Shown: piece by piece, positions 14,301-25,593 of the stretch | Numbering within the stretch: position 1 is the first letter of the stretch | Layout of the letters: each line of letters begins with the position of its first letter | From: Octopus sinensis | Taxonomy: Eukaryota | DNA: 64,000 nucleotides | Direction of reading: 5' to 3' | Assembly: GCF_006345805.1 (NCBI RefSeq) | Contig: NC_043009.1 | Location: 19,530,001 to 19,594,000 of the forward strand | Notes under the pieces: generated by a model | Told to the model about the DNA's origin: nothing | Seen by the model: only the letters and a program-made list of their open reading frames with translations | The model's database searches: none | Made by a program: the position numbers and the translations under genes

Positions 14301-17300
14301 TCCAAACGATTAATACGAAAAAACCCTCCAGGCTACATCCCGAAAATTCATTTCCTTGCCGAATTTCTACAATGTTTACGGCGATTCGTTTTTATATCTT
14401 GATTTTTTATTTTTCATGCAATTTACGCATGCTTGCACGTGTGGTGAACACAGTTCACGTCAAACAGCTGACTGAGTAAAGTTCACTATTCAATGCATGG
14501 GATAAGGCCTAAACAGACACATTATCGATTTTTGCACTTGCGAGATGAATTTCAGAACAGAAATAGCACAGTTCAATTTTCATTCGTCTAAACTTTAAGT
14601 GACCCATTTTTGGTGGTTCTACGATTTGTTGGCTAGGAGGAGATGTGCCGGGAAGTTAAACACACAGACACACACACAGACACACAAGTTGAGTTTTATA
14701 TATATAGATTTTCAAACTGACATATAATTATATAATTCTAATTAACAATTATAATTAAAAATTATGATTTTAATTAATCAAAGCAAAATCACAAATCCAT
14801 TCAGAAGAGAAACAGAAGCAAAAATTCAGTTTGATATTTCATAAATTTCATGAAAATATTTTATTTGTATGAGTTAAGAGTTTTTTTTTTTTTTTAATTG
14901 CAAATATTGATGACAGAGTGCTATATAGTGGTGTTGGTGGTAGTGTTAGTGGTGGGTGGTGTTAGCAATCATGGAGTTGTTGGTGGTGGTTGCAGTGGTG
15001 TGAAGATCTTTCTTTCACATGGAACAAATTTCATTTTACAATGACAACATAAATAATGTTGCCATTTATTTACATCTTTCATCTGTTACCTTATGTCAAG
15101 TACAAAGACAGACACCTCACCTATCTCATTAATTAAAGGAGGCCATCTCTGGCATTTTTCTCTTGTTATTTGTTTCAAAACTAGTAATCGCTGGTTTTAT
15201 TACACCCCACAGGGATACTGCAGATGTTAGGGGCTTTACACTCCTGCTGCCCTTTAAACAGTAAACAATACTCAAAAGACTCACATCTCCAAGGAAGTAC
15301 AACACCTGTACTTCCTTGGAGATGTGAGTCTCAGTCAATTAAACAGACCCTAGTATGTGACTGGTACTTTATTTTATTAACTCCTGAAGGATGAGAGGAA
15401 AGTTGGCTTCAGAACATAAAGATGCAGAATAAATACTGCGAAGCATTTTGTCAAGGCTCTAAGGATTCTGTTAATCCACTCCATACACGCCTACCACATT
15501 GATGTGATTAATGATAATAGATTATTCTGCTGATGATCTTTCAAAACACAACAATGACAGAAAAACTTGAATTTAGATAAGTTTACTTACTCGTCTTTTG
15601 TACAATTTACGTTGGGTCGACAAACAGCAAAGAAGTTGGGTCTCATACTTCCCATAAAATATTTGGGAACATCAACAAAAAACTGGTTTAGGGTGATGCC
15701 AAACAGAAATATTGTGTATACCCTCACAGTTGTGGAGATTTGAGTTCCTTTGCCAATATATTTCCTCAGTACTTGCCAATTTAGCCATTCAGTACCACAA
15801 ACCTAAAAAAAAGAATACAGTTATTCGAAATACTGACACAGTTTACACAAACTTTAACTGTTCACCATCGAAGTTAACACAGTTTACATGACTTAAAGGT
15901 TCAATGTGTCTCTCAGTGAACATTTTTCCCCCACCCCCATGTTCAATAACAGAAAGAATCTCATTGATTCCTGCAATTTCTCTGAATATTTAATATCCAG
16001 ATTAGCCATCACTTCTTGTATGGAATTCGTATGTGAGATTATATGATAAGCATTAACATTAGGTTCTGTTGAATCTGTTATAGAAAGTTTTTATTGTTGT
16101 TCCATTCTGGTACAGGGTGTGTATGAGAAGTTCTGTGACAAAGTTTCCCATAGACGCAGAAACAATATCATCTCATTTATGGAACCATTTGACACAAATC
16201 AAGTTGCTGAGTTGCATGATCTAATATTTCTTTAGAATTACACAAGTTCACAAAGGTATTCAAGAGAATCTTTTTCAGCTGGCACTATAATTTTACCTTT
16301 CTAGGTACAATTATTAAATTTGCCATCACTTGGCTTTTTTTATTTTTGCAATGAAATTCAAGGAATTACAAAATTAACAAATTATTTTTGCCTATAGAGA
16401 ATAGGTGCTCATCTGCAGCACTAGATGAGATGGCAGTGTTATACTTGGTGAAGAGGTCAATCAAGACCTGCTCACCCCAAAAAGGTGACTTCAGTCAGGA
16501 CCTTTTTCAAGATGGCCTCCAGCCAGGTCATCACCAAGTTCTGCACCTTGGATTTCAGTGACCTGTGGCTCCTGCCTTCTTGGAACTGAGTGATGTTGCT
16601 GTAGAAATCCTCTTCCTCATCCTCATTGCTGCCCTTCTCACTGGTCTCCATTAGGGCTGTCTCCACAATGATCTCCATGGCATTTGCTACCCTGCAATCC
16701 TGGCTATTATTATACTGCTCCAGTCAGAACAGGTGAAACTTGGGGTGGAAGGCAGTGGCCAGCTGGCCCTCCAGGTTTTCTAGGAGGAGCCCAAGCCTTT
16801 TCGTGATGCCTGCCAGTGTCGCGTTTACCAGAGGACTGCAGTACAGGTCATGTTTGAACTTGGCCTCCTTCAACTTCATGACAGTAGCCGCTACACTTGG
16901 CAGAAGGCTCCCAAGATAGGCCTGGTCTTACCCCTGGATTTTATCCAAGGCCTTGGCAACATTAGACATCACCCAGGTCTACTCGGTCAGGAAGCTGACA
17001 TTAGAATCAGTGAAGGTTTGCAGCTTCAGCTGTGTGATTACCCTGTGGACAGCTCCCCTATTCTTCTCCAACAGGTTGCTGAGGACAACAGAGTCATAGG
17101 TAGAGTTCCATCTGGTACTGTTGGGGACCACCAGCCTCCTCTTCAATGCATCCAGAATGCTGTCTGCCACCACTGTGCTGTGCCTCTGCAGATTCCACAG
17201 CCACTGTGCCTTGGACATGGCCTTCCTGTAGACTGACTTGAACAAACCACTGTCAAGAGACTTGTCAGCATCCATGTTGGCTATCAAGTTGAAGGTATGG

Positions 17301-18181
17301 GCTGTGCACTTCATGCACACTGGCAGGTTGAGGCCCAGGCTGCTGGACTTCAACATATATACATATATATGTAAATATATACATATATATATATATATGT
17401 GTAAATATATAGAGCAATAAGAAAATGGAGGGGATCAATAGGTGGTTCATCAACTTTTAGACATTATATTATGTCAACTTGACATAATATAATGTCTAAA
17501 AATTTATGAATACTACCTATTGATGCCCTCCATTTTCTTATTGCTCTATAAATTAAAGGTAAAATATCTCTTTACCCTCACCCATTTAGTACACTTGGTA
17601 ATGTAATTGCCATGCAATAAAAACACTTGTGTATTAATAATTGGATATTCTACTAGCAGTATATTGGATAGATATTATTCCTTAGTGGGTTGGATTCACA
17701 ACCCCTAACTTTCTTAATATATATATATTAACTGCACAGAATATGATCAAGGCCTACTAAAAAAAAAACAAAAAAAAAACTAGCTTCTCATCCACATCTG
17801 CATACAAGCTGCAATGGTTTTTGTGAGCACATGGTTTGTACAATTTTTCGTGGGTAGGAATGAGGTGGAACATTTGATTGCAGTATCTTATAACCATATT
17901 TTGTTTATAGAAGTCACACAGATTGTAGTTTAACATTTGTTACTTTTCTGTTCTAAATTCATGGAAATATTGCTAATAACTTAAAGCCTTGTTATTAAAC
18001 TTTTGAAACTAGTGACACTACGCTGATAGGTGATGTGTTGGGTGTGGGGGTGGAGGATGAATAACTGAGATGGGGGATGGAATGAGGGTCAGAATTTGAT
18101 AACTTCAGAACTTAAGGTTCATTTATTTACTATTTCATTAAAGTCTGTTGTTTTGGCTGTGCAGACTTAACCATGAGTGGA

Positions 18182-18212
<31 letters not shown>

Positions 18213-21084
18213 ATGACATTTATTTCAATTACCTATTATGCATTTTATTACATTAATTAAGAAAATAATTATTTGATAAATAATTAAATATTTGAATTAA
18301 ATTAAGAAAATATGAAGTATGCCTTAATAATAATTTAGTAAACTTGAATAATTTTAATTTATAAACACCTTGTAAGATACTCCTCCAGCTGTTTATGGCT
18401 GCCCCGGGTGCAGTGGGACATGGATGTCTTGCTGGGGTTTAGGGTCTTGATTGGGCTGACAAAAGTGGGGGACTCCACTACATGCAGCGGTAGCATATTG
18501 TCGGCAAACAGGTCTACAATCTTTCTGTCCACCATAGACTGACAGACGCCAGTGCCAACAGTTTGCGCAAACACCTCGCCAATATTGAGCTGGAGTGCTC
18601 TCTTTGTACATGGCTACAATGACTGACGACTGGCACTGCTTCCAGAAGATTACCTGTGTTTCCCACAGGAACGGCCAGCCTTGATCTTCTCCCCAAACTG
18701 GATGGCATGCGTTGGGTGTTTTCTCTTGATATGTGACTTAAAGTTGCAGAAGCTCACTGCTTGTCCCTTGATGGTGGTCTTCTTGGACTAGCACATGATG
18801 CACCAGAAGTACAGGATTTTGGGGTTCCTCTTATCCCTTGATGTAAGGACAAAGTATTTATCCAGGTAGGGTCTCAGCTGTTGCAAACTTCTCAACAGGC
18901 CCTTCATCCTCAGGCTGAACAAAAACATCTTCATCTTCCATAACAATGGTAACTTGATAAGCTGGTAATGTACACTGCTGTCGCTGACACTGTAAGACTC
19001 TCTGTAATGTAACAAAGTTGTAAGTGAACACAACTCAAAACTGCAGAATTACAGCTAGCTGCTGCTGTGTCGATCAATCATGTCTTGTCATGTGTACATC
19101 TGGTCAGCCAATAGCATGCCTCGAGACATGTCCACAACAGACATGAACAAACGCATGAATTTTGTTAGCAGACTTAAAGTTAGCGGAACTAAATTCAGCA
19201 GAAGCTAATTGGTCCACTAATGGTTTCCAAAGTTAGCAAAAACACTAATCCATTAAATGAAAAGTTAGCTTCTGTAATTAGCTGTTAGTGAAACTGTGTT
19301 CACCACTGATTATGACCATATGTCATTTGGTCATATAAATAACATGAACTAAATACGATTTACACATAGGCACTTAAACTAATGTACAGTTGTTGTCAAT
19401 TTTCACCAAACTGTTAATGTTTCTGTAAGATTCAGACATATGGAAAGCAGCTGTACTTTCGAATTGTTTAGAGCCAAGGGATGAACAAACAGAGAGAGAT
19501 GGTGACACACTCCTAATTATATTATTATGAAATATACGATAGCAAGGCATTGGCATGGTTGTGTGGTTCAGAAGTTTGCTTTCTAACCATGTAGTTTTGG
19601 GTTCAATCCCAATTCATGGTACCTTGTGCAAATGTCTTCTATTTGGGCTGACCAAAGTCTTGTCAGTTGATGGAAACAGGAAGAAGCTTGTTGTGTGTGT
19701 GTGTGTGTGTGTGTTCGCACGTGCGTGTCTATGTCTATGTGTGTGTGCACATGTGTATGTGATTTTGTATTTTTCTTGTCTGTGTGTGTTTTGATCGCTA
19801 GTTTGTAAAAAATGGTTTTGTAAAAAAATGTTGTTTGCATATAGTTCCACAGAAATCTTCCATGATTATTTTCTAAACAATCCCAACCAGTTCCTCGTTT
19901 TGGCTCGTGGATGGCCTGCCTGAGCATGCCTCGCCCTCCACTGAGGTGCAGCCATATATGAAGTGGTTGTACCACTCATTGCTCTGAGTTTTTCCCCATG
20001 ACATCATCACCAGAGCCCCGTTGAGTCTTCTGGATGCTTTGAGCTTGAGTATCACCAAGCTTTTGTCAAATCTTGATGCAATATCTCTGCTTGATGCATT
20101 TGGTGGAAACGAAAATCTGACGAGGATTCACCCTATCTTTATGCTCTAAATGTAACAGTCATGAACTGATGAGGTTTACCAGGATGGGTGGCATCACTTC
20201 CTACCGAAAGGATTTTGCTGGATACTTTTTGAATGCACCTCATATAAGGGTGTGTACCTTCCTCTTTGTTTTCATCCTCTCCGTCACTTGACAACACACA
20301 TGCGTGCGTGCATGTGTGTTAGTGTTTTCTTGCTTTGACATTGCACAATAGTTGTAAATGAGGGTCTGTTTTTTTTCTTTTACTTGTTTCAGTCATTTGA
20401 CTGTGGCCATTCTGGGGCACCGACTTTCAAATCCTCTGTGAAATAAAGTCCATCTTTAGGTAAATATTATGTTGTTTGGAAACAGGTGAGTGTTGGTGAC
20501 TGGAGGAGCACCCAGCCATAAAAAACCCAGTTCAATAAATTAAGTATGGAAAAGTGAGCATTAAATAAATGATTATGACAATGATGACGACGATGATGAT
20601 GATGATGATGAATGGCAATATTAAAAAAAATGTGTTTTTTCCTAAAATGTAAAGATCAAACAAAGAACATCATTGTTGAAAGTTAAAAATAAAAACAAAG
20701 CGATTTGAATTTGATTCTAATTGAGATCTCCTTTAGATTTGAAGATGAGTGAATTCAAAAATAGGAAATCATTGTTAAATAAGTTGGAATGAATTGTGTT
20801 GATAGCAACTCACCAGCACCAAAGGAATGAGACATGAGGCCAAGTACAGGAAATTTGTGGAGACTGTATCTGGTTTGTATGGATAACGCAAGGATTGGTC
20901 ATTGCAAAAGAAACCCTTCTTCGTTGGTTCAATGTACATATACATCAACGGAAGTGGTAACGCCACTAGAAACGAAGATGTCAAAAGAATAACATTTTTA
21001 GTGAATCCAGATGATAATTCATAAATGGAAACTAATGATAAAAGAGTGGGAAAGATATGTGGCATATATAGGAAGGTGTGAAGT

Positions 21085-21122
<38 letters not shown>

Positions 21123-21535
21123 GGAGGGAGAGAGAAATCATGATATATAAAGTCCATAAAATAAATAAAGAGAGAAAAAAAGAAGCCTTTATAGTGTAAT
21201 ATTATATATGTTGTGTTTGTAGTGAATAACTACAGATTTCACACCACCTCTTAATAAAGTACTTCATTTCCTAACCACAGCTGCTAATATTGCCGTTTTG
21301 CTATATAATACTAATACACACACACACATCCATATACTGCATAATACAAACACATGCAGTACAATTTATTCATAGACACATGCATACATAAATACTACTT
21401 ATAAATATACAATTATAGACTCTCGCATTGCTAAACGATGGAGGAGGGTTCAGCAATATCTTGTTGAACATCATATATCTATATCTATATATATATATAT
21501 ATAAATACACATACATATATATGTATATATATATA

Positions 21536-21595
<60 letters not shown>

Positions 21596-21626
21596 CACAT
21601 ACATATATATGTATATATATATATGC

Positions 21627-21657
<31 letters not shown>

Positions 21658-21683
21658 CACATACATATATATGTATATATATA

Positions 21684-21719
<36 letters not shown>

Positions 21720-21789
21720 CACATACATATATATGTATATATATATGCATATATATAAATACACATACATATATATGTATATATATATA

Positions 21790-21831
<42 letters not shown>

Positions 21832-21954
21832 TATATATAAATATATGCATATATATAAATATATATATAATATATATATATAATATATGCATATATATAA
21901 ATATATATATATAATATATATATATAATATATATGCATATATATAAATATATAT

Positions 21955-21986
<32 letters not shown>

Positions 21987-22032
21987 ATATGCATATATAT
22001 AAATATATATATATATATAAATATATATATGC

Positions 22033-22116
<84 letters not shown>

Positions 22117-22976
22117 ATATATATATATATATATGCATATATAATATATATATATAATATATATTATATATATATATAAGATATAATGGTGTCAAGATAA
22201 TGCTGAATAAGTGCTATAGACAGACCATAGTTAAGTTCCAGATTCGGTAATATTGCGAATAAAGGGTTCTATAAATGCTCTAATATCTGTACAGCCTTGG
22301 TTTTTTTATCTTATTATGCAAAAAATTCTTATATATATATATCTATATATGCATACATATACCAAAGTAAGCACATTAGTGTGAAACAAGGTGGGGAAAA
22401 AATAGTACTCAACTACAGGAGGTAGAGTAATATGCTTTATTAATATTAAAGTTGCTAAAACATCACAAAAATATTGCAAAAAACTGCTACTCAGAGTTTC
22501 ACATTCCCATTTGTCGGAGTGTGAGGTGCACTGACTACTTCTGAGTGAGAAGTAGTCCTTTAGACATGGGTGTTCTTTAAGTACAGGTGATACTACAATT
22601 TTAACCCCAGGAGGACTCCTTTTACAGCTGGTTATTCAGTGCACCTCACTCTCTATCTAAATTGTCCAACAAACGGGAATGTGAAACACTGAGTTGCAGT
22701 TTTTGTGATATTTTTGTAATATTTTTTGCAGCTGTAATAATAATAATAAAATATATATACATATATATACACGCACACATACACAAGCATAACCACATAC
22801 ACTTTTATGAATATGCATATGCTACATGTGTGTCTGTATGCTTATATATATGTGTGTGTGTATATATATATATATGCATATATATATATATGTATATATA
22901 TGTATATATATAATATATATATATGAAAGTATATTATGTATATGTGATTATATATGTATATGCATGTGTGTACATG

Positions 22977-23007
<31 letters not shown>

Positions 23008-23234
23008 ATCTATGTGAGTAAACATGTATGCACAAATAAGTGTGGTGTGTGTGTGTGTGTATATATATATATGTATATATGCAACATGTAATATAAATAA
23101 ATGCATCAATAAAAATTGTAATTCTCACCAAGGATCCATATAAGGCCATCAATGAAGAGATTTAATGGAGTCAGTCCCAAGATGTCTTTAATGTTACAAA
23201 AATTAGAAAAAGCTGAACAAGTCGTTACTGGCAT
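11205..23234 (-). CDS. PLPP: PAP2-family phospholipid (lipid phosphate) phosphatase, PLPP/wunen-like; 6 coding exons, 900 nt, 299 aa
   Basis: Manual splicing of 23234-23129, 20965-20814, 15802-15591, 12844-12724, 12055-11879 and 11336-11205 gives one open frame with GT-AG introns. It has motif C1 KYFMGSMRP (KxxxxxxRP), C2 PSGH and C3 [12 protein letters not shown] (SRxxxxxHxxxD), the N-terminal [13 protein letters not shown] signature, and hydrophobic TM segments. Family-level call only; exact orthology not determined. Confidence 0.93.
11879..12055 (-). CDS. PLPP: PLPP-like exon 5 (C3 motif)
   Basis: Acceptor ttcattttacag, donor GTT|GTAAGT; encodes [10 protein letters not shown]...[28 protein letters not shown]; 177 nt. 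Confidence 0.93.
12724..12844 (-). CDS. PLPP: PLPP-like exon 4 (C2 motif)
   Basis: Acceptor tttatttaacag, donor GTT|GTAAGT; encodes [40 protein letters not shown]; 121 nt. Confidence 0.93.
13618..14009 (-). mobile_element. Non-autonomous Helitron-like element
   Basis: On the minus strand: A|TC-TATATATATAAAGCTG at the 5' end, CA microsatellite near the 5' end, and a GC-rich subterminal segment followed by CTAG|T at the 3' end, i.e. inserted in an AT dinucleotide without a TSD. Confidence 0.7.
14010..14708 (-). mobile_element. Two further Helitron-like 5' ends/fragments
   Basis: Near-identical 55-bp ends (gttaaacaca...cacaagttgagttttatatatatagat) terminating at 14117 and 14708, same A|TC start; 3' CTAG ends not recognisable. 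Confidence 0.5.
15591..15802 (-). CDS. PLPP: PLPP-like exon 3 (C1 motif)
   Basis: Acceptor is a pyrimidine/T-run ending in ag, donor GA|GTAAGT; encodes VCGTEW...[27 protein letters not shown]; 212 nt. Confidence 0.93.
16390..19308 (-). mobile_element. Degraded hAT-superfamily DNA transposon in PLPP-like intron 2, split at about 17358-18360
   Basis: 5' end CAGTGGTGAACACAG at 19308; BED-like N-terminus (WCIMC...[11 protein letters not shown]), [35 protein letters not shown], and C-terminal dimerisation-like [16 protein letters not shown]. Confidence 0.85.
17408..17550. repeat. 143-bp near-perfect palindrome (MITE/foldback-like)
   Basis: Perfect outer arms 17408-17432/17526-17550 (25 bp) and inner arms 17455-17477/17479-17501 (23 bp) with a 1-nt centre; TA-rich flanks. 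Confidence 0.9.
19800..20243 (-). mobile_element. Mariner-like element, 5' end with transposase HTH remnant
   Basis: TA-flanked terminus TATGAGGTGCATTCAAAAAGTATCC; EQRYCIKICQKLGDTQ...[31 protein letters not shown]. Confidence 0.78.
20814..20965 (-). CDS. PLPP: PLPP-like exon 2
   Basis: Acceptor cttcgtttctag, donor CTG|GTGAGT; encodes [50 protein letters not shown]; 152 nt. Confidence 0.93.
21474..22185. repeat. About 710-bp compound (AT)n microsatellite with higher-order repeats
   Basis: Alternating TA interrupted by recurring AAATACACATACATATATATG and GCAT units. Confidence 0.97.
22460..22730. repeat. Foldback element with long inverted arms in PLPP-like intron 1
   Basis: Arms 22479-22518/22665-22704 (36 of 40 complementary) and 22521-22534/22636-22649 (14 of 14). 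The ~100-bp core recurs at about 23771-23885. Confidence 0.75.
23129..23234 (-). CDS. PLPP: PLPP-like coding exon 1 ([36 protein letters not shown])
   Basis: ATG in CAAAATG context with an in-frame TAG upstream. The phase-1 donor G|GTGAGA joins exon 2 to give [16 protein letters not shown], matching PLPP TM1. Confidence 0.82.
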
Positions 23235-23309
23235 TTTGAGTCTCGTTTCTTTACAATGCTATTTTCTTCAATCATTGATGTTTTTATTGCAGAATCTCAC
23301 AACCCAAGT

Positions 23310-23317
23310 TGACGTCA
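23310..23317. promoter_or_regulatory. Full CRE palindrome TGACGTCA, 76 bp upstream of the PLPP-like ATG
   Basis: Exact 8-bp consensus seen in the sequence. Function is untested and an 8-mer can occur by chance. Confidence 0.3.
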
Positions 23318-23469
23318 CATCACAAAGGATGGGTGTCTTCTAATTACCTCAAGTGCCACTTTACCATTTCCTCGATATCGTTTCAATGGGAGCGTGCGCT
23401 TGTCTTACAAACTGTAAATATTACACCTTCCCTTTGTCTACAATTTAAATCCTATTCACTTATTCTCTC

Positions 23470-23477
23470 TTTATATA
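23470..23477 (-). promoter_or_regulatory. Possible TATA box (TATATAAA on minus strand) upstream of PLPP-like exon 1
   Basis: Motif lies about 235 bp upstream of the ATG on the correct strand. The AT-rich background makes this weak evidence. Confidence 0.2.
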
Positions 23478-23949
23478 TCTATCAAAGTAGTTTTGCTGTA
23501 GCACTTTTTGCATACAACTCTTTTTTTTTTTGCTATTTACAAATAATAAATTTTTTATACTTTTTGTACTTAATGAAAATAGAACCAAATTAAAATTTAC
23601 GTAATCAAAAAAAAAAAGAGAGAGAAAAAAGAAAATTCTGGATAATTAGCATTAATTGGCTGGCCAGAAATAAATTGTGCATCATCATTGTTATATAACT
23701 GGTGGCCACCCTATTCTAAAAGATTTTCCTATTTTGCATGGATAATAATTTTCTTTTTTCCCTGAAACTTAATATTCTGAGAAGTAGTCCTTTAAACGTG
23801 GGTGTTCTTTAAGAACAAATGATACTGCTATTTTAACCCCAGAAAGACTCCTCCTCCAGCTGGTTATTCAGTGCATCTGCACTCAATGTATATTGCAAGC
23901 GGGGAGAGAATTCCCTTCCATCCTAGCTCTGAGGTCACCAGACCACATG

Positions 23950-25400
23950 ATTTCAATCTTCTTGGATCATCCTCAGTGATGGGCACTCATCTGCCAGACA
24001 TGGCAATTGTGAAATAGATTCCAGAAAGCTATGCAAATGTTTCATTGTATGATCAGACAAAATGGTAAAGGAATTACCCTGGAGAATGTTGAGGAAAATA
24101 CTCTGAAAGAGTTATTGTACCTCACAGAGCTCATTCCTGCAGTTGGCAACTGTTATTCTGATCAAATGAACAAGATTTAACTAAGGTAGACTTCCAGCAT
24201 GTGATTTTGGTATAGTTGTAAGTTAACTTTATGTCAGGTGATGTCAGGAATCTGTTGACTCAGGCCAAGGAGGGAAGTTCCCAAGAATTGCCTGGTAGAG
24301 TGAATATAGTTTAAAGGCACGAAAATTAAGTTGTTCTTATCTTGACTTGCACTCGAGTACCGCTGGCAGATTGTTCAATTGTTAACATGTGTTGCCATGA
24401 CTTCTCTTCATCAAGTCTGGCTTCTACCACTGGCAGCATGAAAAAGAGGGAAACTTTTCTTCTCACTTGCCAACGTTATGCCATCTCCCTACCTTCTGGC
24501 TTCCTGTGCCATCTCTGACTCTCACCATATGCCTCCCCGCAATCTAATGATAACTGCTCCCCTTTTCTGTTTTGTAATCGTCCGTCCACCTGGGGTGGGG
24601 GAAGCGACATTCCTTTTGAGATCTCCATAGGGTCACAGGGCTGGCTTCTCTCTTCCCTTCATCATCAGAAGAGTTAATCACCTTTTGACTATGCAGGATG
24701 TGACGTGGCATTCCATCCACTGACACATTATTTAAAGTACAGATTGTGGTCACCTTTCCTTTTTCCCACTGCATTGTGCTCCGAGCATTCAGGGACTTCG
24801 CCTCCAGCCAGCACAGAACATAATCCCTTCCACCGGAATATGGCCCTGTGCAGGGCTGACTCTTTGGCTTGCCCTACTCTAGGTGACATGTACCAAAAGA
24901 CAGCTTCCATAGGGGAGATTCGTCCCCTCTCAGTCATGGCTTTAATCATAGTGGTGCTGCTCTCCAATCCCGTATGCAGCTCTGAAGAAGCATCTTGTGT
25001 TCCATCTTCCAAGCATCTCTTTCTGCTGCTCTGAGTGAGAAACTGCACTGTTATCCATCAGTAGCTCGTCTACAGGCATCTTTTCCAAGAACACCACATT
25101 CAGCACTTCTGTCTCCACCCTGATTTCTCTCCTCATAACCATTCACCCCAGTCCACAGTTGACCACTGAAAGGTACACCTTTCTCTGATAGTGTGTCACA
25201 TCAATGGCTAGCCTCCTCTACCCAAATCTTTCATGTGTGCTTGGGGCACACATAAGTCAATGAATTGTGCTTCAAATCCACAGCAGAGTTGCTGCTGCTT
25301 GGGCTATAACTCTGTCCAAAATACCAGGCTTCACTTGTTTTAGAGCCATACCGTAACACACAATGCTAGATTTCTCAGGGTATTTTTATGGTGGTGAATG
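23950..25400 (-). mobile_element. Degraded L1/Tx1-like retroelement remnant (tentative)
   Basis: GC-richer island with broken ORFs; an SDH...FWNL segment near 24030-24060 resembles the endonuclease SDH...WKLN signature. Weak support. Confidence 0.3.
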
Positions 25401-25496
25401 TAGAGGCCTGTATCCATTGACACCTCCCTGTCTCTCATAGAAATATCCAGCATTGTGTTTCAAAACAATTGAATATAAACTTTCAAACATTGTATG

Positions 25497-25593
25497 CACC
25501 CTGTGGATGACATATATGCCCTGTGCTAACATATACACTCTGTGGATGACATATACGCCTTGTGGTAACATTATATACACTCTGTGGAGGACA
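25497..25593. repeat. Short minisatellite, about 20/40-bp period
   Basis: (C)TGTGGATGACATATA(T/C)GCC / TGTGCTAACATATACACT alternate about 5 times. Confidence 0.75.

Noticed and set aside
20165-20212. CTGATGAG...CGAAA hammerhead-like motif
   Set aside because: Lies in the mariner 5' region; stems I and III cannot be formed; likely chance.
21370-22195. Long ORFs of YI/CV/HT repeats (also near 3.1, 10-11, 22.7 and 52.4-53 kb)
   Set aside because: Translations of (TA)n/(CA)n microsatellites, which lack stops in some frames; no coding evidence.
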